Source of the DNA: Candidatus Woesearchaeota archaeon
GTDB lineage: Archaea; Nanobdellota; Nanobdellia; Woesearchaeales; UBA12501
Direction: 5' to 3'
NCBI GenBank assembly: GCA_030651375.1
Contig: JAUSFM010000009.1
Coordinates: forward strand, 65,345 to 129,344
DNA length: 64,000 nucleotides
Below the pieces are notes generated by a model, which saw nothing but the letters and a program-made list of their open reading frames with translations, did no database searches and was not told where the DNA came from. Of the stretch, positions 27,952 to 36,000 are shown in pieces (position 1 is the first letter of the stretch; every line of letters starts with the position of its first letter). The translations under genes were made by a program, and so were the position numbers.

Positions 27952-28407
27952 TTATTGATCCGGCCCATAGTATCGCCGATTGCCCGGAAGCACCATGCTA
28001 TTGAGTCGGTGTTCGCCAACAGAGGTATATTCTTTTGTTGGGGTGGGTATCTTTTCCGGCTCGTCTCCCACGGTAAAACAGCCGCCATAGAAGCATTGGC
28101 AGGTGTCTGCGTAGGAGCAGGTGCAGCGCTGGTAGCAGCCGTACTTGGTTCTGAATCGATATTGTGACGGTGTTTCATCCATCAGCCGCTTGACTGCAAG
28201 CGGTGGCTGTTCGCTGACGAGATTTCCCGTCAGGCTCTGGCTTCCTCCTGCAGGAAGCTCGTTCGTGTATTCCACCAGCACATAGTTTGTTTGTGGTGTT
28301 TCATTGATTGACTGCGAGTATTGGTAGATGCCGCCCAGCGCAACTGCTGCGGTGATTAAGACTAACAGAAGGTCACGGTGGTCACTCATTCCTCTTTTTA
28401 TACTCAT
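27952..28407 (-). CDS. Membrane-anchored or secreted protein with Cys-rich motif
   Basis: N-terminal hydrophobic helix LLLVLITAAVALGGIY; CYQRCTCSYADTCQCFYGGC. Confidence 0.65.
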   Translation of the reverse strand: MSIKRGMSDHRDLLLVLITAAVALGGIYQYSQSINETPQTNYVLVEYTNELPAGGSQSLTGNLVSEQPPLAVKRLMDETPSQYRFRTKYGCYQRCTCSYADTCQCFYGGCFTVGDEPEKIPTPTKEYTSVGEHRLNSMVLPGNRRYYGPDQ

Positions 28408-28473
28408 AATGTGTGTTGGTGGCTTTTTTATTTAAATAGTTTGTGGATTGGTCATTCGAAATCTACTCATTCT

Positions 28474-29826
28474 CTATTTCTGGTACAAATCAGGATATTC
28501 TTTAACAAGCGCTTGGCGCATTTTTTCCTTGGCGCGGTTTTCGAGCTGCCTCGTTCGCTCACGGGTGATGCCCAACTGGTCTCCAATTGCCTCGAGTGTC
28601 ATTGGCTCTTCGCGGAGCAGGTGGCAGTCAACAATATATTTTTCGCGTTCGTCCAGTACATGAAGTACCCCGCGAATTGCCTGATTGGCAAATGGGGCGT
28701 TGGGAGTAATCATCTCTTCCGGGGTTGGAGCATTTGACGCAACCCTTGAATATAAATTCTTGTCGTCAGCTGTTAGGCTGTCAAGAGACGCATCACCATC
28801 TGCCAAGCGCTGCTGCATGCCTCTTACTGACTTTGGCGAAACGTTAAAGTGTGCAGCAATCTCTTCAGGTGTTGCTTCATGGTCTTCATATAATAATTCA
28901 GGCATACGGCTTGTTCCTACTTTTGGCAGCAGATAATATAATTTTCTTTGCACTTGGCTTGTTCCTATCTTCACCATTCTTCTGTTCGCTATGTTGTCAG
29001 CATAGATTTGTGCTTTTATCCAATGCACGGCATAGGTGATAAAATTCTTGCCTTTTTTAGGGTCATATTTCCGCGCGGCGCTCATGGCGCCCAAATAGCC
29101 ACTGCTCACTGATTCATCCCATGCTTGTTTGTTCGTACGAGGGTGTATGCCCATCTGATGTACGACCTGATAGACAAAGTGTACTGATGACTCAACCAGG
29201 CGCTTAACCGCTTCTTTTCCCTCTTCACTGTCCGGGCCGTACGCTTGTACCGTGTGGCCCCATTCATACTGTTGCTCTTTTAATGCCTGTCTATCTTCCA
29301 AAGGTAGTTTTTGTGCACGTTGAGGCATTGGTTTTTTCAATTTCTTAACCGGAAGCCGGACAATCTCTGCTTCCGGCGGCGTTTCATAAGGTGTCCTGTC
29401 AAATGCGGTCGTGATGAAACGTTCGAGAATAAAATCAAGTGAACTGACAGACACATGCTCATTTCGTACCTCAATCTCCCCTTTTTCTTTCAGATAGTGG
29501 AGTCTCTCTCTCACATTTGTCTCTTCGAGCTTCACGCCACCAATTTTTTGGAGTACGAGATCATCAAGCGGAATTTCAGTTGCAAAGTGTTCTGCTTTTG
29601 ATGGGTCTTCTGCAATCATCTGTGCGACAATTGAGCCGACAAAATAATAGGGCTCTTGAGAAAAAGAATACAGGGGAAATGCTCGGTCTGCATAGCGTTG
29701 GAGGCCAAGAGCAATAACTGTTTCTGTTGACATGGTATCAAGAAGTGGAAGTGCTTGCAGCTCTTTACGTAGATGAGGGGGAAGTTCGCTTGAACCCTGC
29801 TTTAAAAAAGGGAGCACCGTTGCCAT
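28474..29826 (-). CDS. RNA polymerase sigma-70 family factor (RpoH/sigma-32-like) fused to an unknown N-terminal domain
   Basis: Region 2 GYLGAMSAARKYDPKKGKNFITYAVHWIKAQI; RpoH-box-like VKIGTSQVQRKLYY; region 3 EEIAAHFNVS...DASLD; region 4 LDEREKYIV...TLEAIGDQLGITRERTRQLE. Confidence 0.9.
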   Translation of the reverse strand: MATVLPFLKQGSSELPPHLRKELQALPLLDTMSTETVIALGLQRYADRAFPLYSFSQEPYYFVGSIVAQMIAEDPSKAEHFATEIPLDDLVLQKIGGVKLEETNVRERLHYLKEKGEIEVRNEHVSVSSLDFILERFITTAFDRTPYETPPEAEIVRLPVKKLKKPMPQRAQKLPLEDRQALKEQQYEWGHTVQAYGPDSEEGKEAVKRLVESSVHFVYQVVHQMGIHPRTNKQAWDESVSSGYLGAMSAARKYDPKKGKNFITYAVHWIKAQIYADNIANRRMVKIGTSQVQRKLYYLLPKVGTSRMPELLYEDHEATPEEIAAHFNVSPKSVRGMQQRLADGDASLDSLTADDKNLYSRVASNAPTPEEMITPNAPFANQAIRGVLHVLDEREKYIVDCHLLREEPMTLEAIGDQLGITRERTRQLENRAKEKMRQALVKEYPDLYQK

Positions 29827-29849
29827 AAAGTTCTTGTGTGGTGTTTATT

Positions 29850-29860
29850 ATTTTAAAAAG
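29850..29860 (-). promoter_or_regulatory. Archaeal TATA-like box for the RpoH-like gene
   Basis: Minus strand CTTTTTAAAAT, about 30 nt before the ATG at 29826; same spacing as housekeeping genes in this window. Confidence 0.6.
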
Positions 29861-29894
29861 GTGTTGGTACTGATTGGCTAATCTCGTAATTTCA

Positions 29895-31193
29895 TTATTC
29901 AAAATCATCAGGATTCAAACAACGGCGAAGATTTACTAAGGCTGCCGAATGGAGTTGGCTGGCGCGAGATTCAGTGAAACCCAAAATGCGGCCGATCTCT
30001 TTTAAATTTAAATCTTCTTTGTAATACAATCTTAGAAAAATTCTCATATTTTGTTGTGTTTCCGGCCTACAGGGAACTCCTTCTGCAGTTGAAAAGGTAA
30101 TGCTATCCAACGCGCCCCACAGCATTGATTCTTCTTGGCGTAGCGCTGCCATCGTGTCAAGATAGACACTTTTTTCATCAGGTACTACTCGGGGAACATC
30201 AATATATTTTCCATTTTTATCTTTAGGCTTATCATCCAAACTCATAACCCTTGGTGCGCTCACTTGTGCTTCGTCATATTGTTCTTGTGTAATGCCGGCA
30301 CGCTCAAGAATCTGTTCGAGTGGAATATCCGTTGTTCCTGTTTCAAACAGCAATGCAGCGCGCGCATCTTCCACATCCTTGAGCCGTTCACGCACGCTGC
30401 GAGAAACCCCATCAAGGTGGCGTAAATAATCCAATATCGTGCCGCGGATGCGCATTTCTGCATACGGCCTGAAACCACCTTGTTTTGCATCAAATTTTTT
30501 TTTGGCGTCCAAAAGGCCGAGGTATCCTTCACTGATTAAATCATCAACCTCAACGCTGCGCGGCAAGCGTTGAGCAATGCGATATGCTAAACGTTTTACC
30601 AGCGGCATATACTCCGTCGCAAACGCTTCTTCTTCGCCATCGCGTATCTCTCTCCTTTTTTTCTCTTTTGTTTCTCTTGTTTCTTTCTTCGGCATTCCCA
30701 CTACTTTTTTTTCATATTCAACCGGCAGCCCATACGTTGCATACAGCACATCCCACAAGACAGCATTAACCAACTGCAGGGGAACATTCCCTTCCGGAAG
30801 AATGCCGGCTTCTGTCAGATACGCAAGCCGTTCGTCGACGGTGTTTTTGTTTAGTCCAACTCCTCCCAACTGGGTGACGGTAAATTCGCTGTGCGGTATG
30901 CCTGCGAGTGTATCGCCAGCTTGTTTTCGTAGCTCCGGATATTCCTGCAGTGCCGCAGCAATGACTGACGCGACAAAATACGTTGGCTCGCCGGAAAAAG
31001 AATACAGCGGAAAGCTTTTGTCGACTATTCTTTCCGGCGTGCCGCGCTGGAGCAATTCGGCTCTGGAATATGCCCTGAACATTCCTCCGACAGCGAGCTG
31101 ATACGCCGTTGCTGTCATAAATGTTTCTGCGAGCTGCTCCAGACTTCTATCTTGCTGCGGTGCAGGAAAGGGGAGAACGGTTGCGGCGGACAT
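29895..31193 (-). CDS. RNA polymerase sigma-70 family factor (FliA/WhiG/sigma-28-like) fused to an unknown N-terminal domain
   Basis: YMPLVKRLAYRIAQRLPRSVEVDDLISEGYLGLLDAKKKFD...YAEMRIRGTILDYLR...SRSVR; region 4 LYYKEDLNLKEIGRILGFTESRASQLH. Confidence 0.92.
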   Translation of the reverse strand: MSAATVLPFPAPQQDRSLEQLAETFMTATAYQLAVGGMFRAYSRAELLQRGTPERIVDKSFPLYSFSGEPTYFVASVIAAALQEYPELRKQAGDTLAGIPHSEFTVTQLGGVGLNKNTVDERLAYLTEAGILPEGNVPLQLVNAVLWDVLYATYGLPVEYEKKVVGMPKKETRETKEKKRREIRDGEEEAFATEYMPLVKRLAYRIAQRLPRSVEVDDLISEGYLGLLDAKKKFDAKQGGFRPYAEMRIRGTILDYLRHLDGVSRSVRERLKDVEDARAALLFETGTTDIPLEQILERAGITQEQYDEAQVSAPRVMSLDDKPKDKNGKYIDVPRVVPDEKSVYLDTMAALRQEESMLWGALDSITFSTAEGVPCRPETQQNMRIFLRLYYKEDLNLKEIGRILGFTESRASQLHSAALVNLRRCLNPDDFE

Positions 31194-31205
31194 GGCATCA
31201 CTCGT

Positions 31206-33026
31206 TTATTTTTCTAACTCAAAGAGCACTTCTTTCGGTGCAACCAGTTCTTTATCAGGTACGATTTCTCGGTCAAATGTAGAGTCTAACGCTTCTGATA
31301 CGGAATGTAATGGTGCAAAGCCTCCCGGCGATTGTTCTTCTTCCTTCTCGTCATCGCCCAAGAAGTCAATGTCCTCAATGGATCCATACGTTTTGTCTGT
31401 TTCAGAAACTATTTCTGGCCTACGCCCTGTTCTTTCTTTTGGCCTATACTGCTCATCACGTTCCCGATAGAATCTTCCAATGGGAGTTTCAGTATCCGCG
31501 CACTGCATTTCCTCAACGTGATACCCATGTTTCAGCATTGCAATGACTCCTGCTTCCAAATCCTCCCGCGTTATCAGCTCACCACTTTTTTTCGGTTGTA
31601 GGTATGCTGGTTTTTTTCCGGTGACTGCACCCAATCTATCAGTAATATCCTGCTCCGGCACGAGCGTGTACTTGGGCAACCGGTCAACCAACTCGCGCGA
31701 AACATACGGCATTCTTCTGACACCATACGATTCTTCATATTCCCGCACGAGATTCAATGCCAGTGCCGCCGGCAAAATTCTCATTTCATCAAGGTCAGGA
31801 AGGGGAATCTCACACACTTCCTGTACTCGCCGAGGATCAAAATATTCAACGCCATTAAATTCTATCGGCCTGCACCCGATATACAGCTCTGACAGCATTT
31901 TTCCGATATTTCTGCCGTGCATATCAAAGCGAGATTTTGCCGCACGATACATAAGATAGCTTGCCACTTCCTGCCCCGTTATCGGATAAAATGTTTCAAG
32001 TACTTGTCGGTATGCCTCAATAAAGTCTTTCTTTTTCAGTGTTCCGGCACTGCCTCCCATGGTTCGTAACCCACCATATCTTTTCAACAATTTCTGCATG
32101 CCATAGTTAGGAAAGCCGGGGTCAATGGAGTATTTTAATGCCGTCATGACCTCAAGGGTTTGGGTGTACGTTAATTGTTTCGGTGCCTCAGCAAGTATCT
32201 GTTTTGATGTTTTTCCTCCTTCGTCCAATTCTTTTTCAAACTCCTCTAACTCTTCAGGTGTCATCTCTGCAAGTTCGTGTTCAAATTCCCTGACAAGATT
32301 TACGCCATAACTTTTATGTTTTAATGTGTTGGGTGAACTCGTTGCTCCTATGTGATGATTTGTCGCTGGTTTTTTACGCTTGTACAGAGATTTATCAGGA
32401 ATGTCTTGTTTTAATTTTTTAAGCGCGCGTTCCAAGCTTCGTGACGGCGTGCCAAAGTCACGCGTGCGCAAAGTGACTTTTCTTTGTATGATAAAGGCAT
32501 CGTCACTATTCCCTGTTTCTTCTTCTCCTTCTGGTTTTCGGTATGCTTCAATGGGCATAATATCCGCAGCCGGATGCTCGCTTTCATAGGCTGGTGGATT
32601 TCCAAATGTCATTGCAATGAAATCTCGGAGTACAAAATCTATGGTGCTTATCGAGACATTTTGGTTAGGAAGCATTGCAATCACACCATTTTCTCTCAAA
32701 TAGTCAAGCCTCTCTCTCTCATTTGCCTCTTCCAGCCGCACACCGCCAATATTCTGCAGCACGAGACGTTCCAGTGGAATTTCAGTTGAAAATAAGGGTG
32801 CCTGTGCAGGATCGTCCACCAGTATCTGCGCAACAATGGAGCCGACAAAATATTCTGGCTCTTGAGAAAAAGAATGCAGTGGAAATGCGCGCTCTGCATA
32901 GCGTTGCAGCCCAAGACTTTGCACTGTTTCTTGTGACAGCCGGTCAAGGAGACTAAATTCTTGCAGCTCTCGTAGAGTGCGCGGAGAAATTTCTTCAGGT
33001 TTGCTGAATTGAAGAACATCGGCCAT
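31206..33026 (-). CDS. Hypothetical protein sharing the N-terminal domain of the two sigma fusions
   Basis: LGLQRYAERAFPLHSFSQEPEYFVGSIVAQ matches LGLQRYADRAFPLYSFSQEPYYFVGSIVAQ of 28474-29826; GGTGA RBS before ATG 33026. Confidence 0.8.
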   Translation of the reverse strand: MADVLQFSKPEEISPRTLRELQEFSLLDRLSQETVQSLGLQRYAERAFPLHSFSQEPEYFVGSIVAQILVDDPAQAPLFSTEIPLERLVLQNIGGVRLEEANERERLDYLRENGVIAMLPNQNVSISTIDFVLRDFIAMTFGNPPAYESEHPAADIMPIEAYRKPEGEEETGNSDDAFIIQRKVTLRTRDFGTPSRSLERALKKLKQDIPDKSLYKRKKPATNHHIGATSSPNTLKHKSYGVNLVREFEHELAEMTPEELEEFEKELDEGGKTSKQILAEAPKQLTYTQTLEVMTALKYSIDPGFPNYGMQKLLKRYGGLRTMGGSAGTLKKKDFIEAYRQVLETFYPITGQEVASYLMYRAAKSRFDMHGRNIGKMLSELYIGCRPIEFNGVEYFDPRRVQEVCEIPLPDLDEMRILPAALALNLVREYEESYGVRRMPYVSRELVDRLPKYTLVPEQDITDRLGAVTGKKPAYLQPKKSGELITREDLEAGVIAMLKHGYHVEEMQCADTETPIGRFYRERDEQYRPKERTGRRPEIVSETDKTYGSIEDIDFLGDDEKEEEQSPGGFAPLHSVSEALDSTFDREIVPDKELVAPKEVLFELEK

Positions 33027-33059
33027 GCCTTTCACCGTTATTTTCTTCTTTTAAAAATA

Positions 33060-36000
33060 TTACTCAAGCAATCTCGGCGCCATGGCTTCAACATCGTTGA
33101 CATGCGCCAATCCGAAAAGCGTTTTTCCTGCCTTTCGCAGTTGAGTTTCAAGTGCATGATATCCTGCATCAGCAGGGACACCGTGTTGTGTCAGCACCTT
33201 CATGGTTTGGTTCTCATCAAGGAATCCAACCTGTTTCATCAATTCTGCCCGCGAATCATCGTAATGCATTGCCTGCGCCCATCCTGCTGCCAGCTTCCAA
33301 TATGCTTTTGAAAATACGTCATACCCTATGAGTTGTTGATCGCCCAACTTTTCCGTTGCCATATACTCCCGGATGTATTTTTCCAACTGTAGGTCTGGTT
33401 TTTCTCCATCAAGCAACAGCGCAGGCATGATGCGGTTCACAGGAATTTTTGTTCCATCCGATTTTTTCCATGAAAACGGCTCATACAAAATCGCCGCTGC
33501 AACAAAAGGAGAAACATGATACCCTTCTCCAGTCACTGCTTTTCGCATAGTGTCAGGGAATTGGCGTATGGCCGCGTTGATGCGCCCGGGTGTTACTTGC
33601 GGAGGCATCAATTCAGCAAGATCAGAGGTGAGCACAATATCTTCAACGCCGTAGGCGTGCTCTGCGTCATTGCCTTTCAGGACAATCTGGTCGGCTGCAA
33701 ATCTGCCTGATCTTCTCATGTACTCAAAGAGCCGCCGTGAAAATTCCGGCTGATATGCGGCCACAAGCAACGCGACGGCTTCTTCTTCATTCTTCGGTGC
33801 AGTGCTCAGGCGATACTGGTACACACCATCTTCGGCGCGCGGTGTTATTCGTGCGCCGAGAGAGCCGGATCTTCGTTCTGGCTGTACTAACACCGGTGTT
33901 TCTTCTCTTTTTGAAGGTGTTGTTCCTGCGGGAGCTGGTGCAGTATATCCTGTTGTTTCTGCCGCCGATGCTGGTGCAAGTGGTGCCTGTTCTCCTGCAG
34001 GCGATGCAACCTTTTCTTCCAGCGAGGGTATCACCACTTTTGTTCCCTTGGGAAGCCCGACAACATCTTCAACCGTTGTGCGTCCCGTCAATGATTCCAA
34101 TGCATAATCAAACGCTTTGAAATAGACTTCACGTTGGCGCGCCTTGATGTCTGATGCCGTTGGAGTGCCTGATTCAGGCGTAAAAAGATTTGTTTTTGAA
34201 TACACCTGTAGAAGTTCTGGGCCAAGAATAGCGTACAGTGCCGCATGGTTTGGCGGTGCTAATGGCTCTGGCTTAAGGTCAACTTCTGCCCATAATTTAA
34301 TTTTCAATGCCGTGCTTGCGGCGATGCCTAATCCTGATGCTTTTAATCTATGGGTATTGACAAACTCGTGCAGTTTTCCAACAGCTTTTTTCGTGACTTG
34401 AGCTGCAACAACATATTCCACAACCATGTTTGGCACATACAAATGTTGGTCATCAAATCGTATCCGGCGCTGTGCTGTATTATAGTATCCTTTCTCCAGA
34501 ATTTTATGCCGTAACGCCGTTGCGAGGTACGCCATTGCGTATGTGTCGTCGAATGGATGGGTTGATGATGAAGTGGCAGGAGCGGGAACTTCTGGGCGTG
34601 CTGAAGCTGGTGAAGCAGGAGCAGGAACCGAAACAAGTACGTCATCAATTGATGCAGCTATTGGTGTTGGCGCAGGAGCTGGCGATGGTGCCGGAGGAGG
34701 AACTGGTATTGGTGAGAGAGCTGGAGATGGCGCAGGGGCAGGTCGAGTGGCTGGAGAATCTACATTCGCGGATTCTGCCGCAACATAGTCACCCAACAAT
34801 GTGCCGCCTGCTTTCATCGTGTCGAAGGCGAGGTTGAATGATTCACGGAATCGCTGGCGGACAGGCGTGGCTGGTTTAGCGAATTTTTCAACAGCGGCAA
34901 AGTATTTTTGTCCTTGTAATCTTTGGATGGCTTCAAATGGCACACCAAAAAATCCAGCTATTTCTACATCCAAATATTTCTTTACATCTGTAAGATCACT
35001 CAGATGGATGGCAAGAATATCCTCCATCATTACTCCTGCAGGTGCATCATGATGATGGCGCAGCAATGGATGCTCTTTTCCTTTCCATTGTTGAAACGCC
35101 CCATCGGTTATTCTGGTTTTTAATAGTTCACGAACTTTGTAATACCGGGGAACATCCCCACTTTTAATCGGCTTGTGGCCGGGAAGCGTAATCATATCTG
35201 TCGTCGGATCATACAGCTTTTGATAGCGTATTCCCCTTTCTATTCCCTGCGCAAGATAGCGGAGTGGGTCGGTGAGAAGTAAATCATCGGACAGAACGAA
35301 TTTTCTTCCGGCAGATGCTGCTGAAGCGGCAGGATGTGGTGGTGCGGGCGCATCCGGTGCATCCGGTTCAACCACCGTATCAATCGTTGCGGCACGAGCT
35401 GCTATTCTCTGCTCTTCTGCTTCTGATGGTGCTTCACCAGCCACTGCGCCGCCGGTAAGCTCTTGATACCATACTGACTGGTGCTCCCGCACAATCGGAA
35501 ACAGTTGAGGAAGGAGATTATTGATGCTTGGCCAGTCAAGGTCAACGGTCTTTGCTTTTTTCAGTAAACCATCTTCCACTGCGCGATGTGCAAGGGCAGA
35601 ATCAATGCCGAGAGATGCTTCCAAATCAGCGTAGGTTCTGATGCGAACATCGCCCGCTGATTTGTAAAGCCCAAAGAATTTGACATCAAGGGGAGAGAAT
35701 TTTTGATGGAGGGAAAAGGGAACATGGCCAAAAGCGTCTGCATAGACTTCGTTAACATAGCGTTGGTATGACGTATAGCGAGCGTTATATCCATCGCTTC
35801 CTTCTCGTGCTTGGTGTGGGGTTACTGCAAGCAAAGGAATATCGGCAGGGGATGATGGGGTCAGTGTTTGGCTGTGCGCAACAAGTTGTTGGTGCTCGGC
35901 ATCGTAGCCAAGCATAATTCCTTCAGCAGTGTACTGGCCGGTTTGCACGAGGTGGCTAAACACAGCCTGCGCAAGTTCTTCGAGCAGGGGACGTGAAGGA

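Noticed and set aside
28474-31193. Simple bacterial contamination as the explanation for the sigma genes
   Set aside because: Not favoured: the sigma domains are fused in frame to a domain that is triplicated locally, TATA-like boxes sit at the archaeal spacing, and no bacterial neighbours (flhF, flgM, ftsX) are present. Read-level checking is still needed to exclude it fully.
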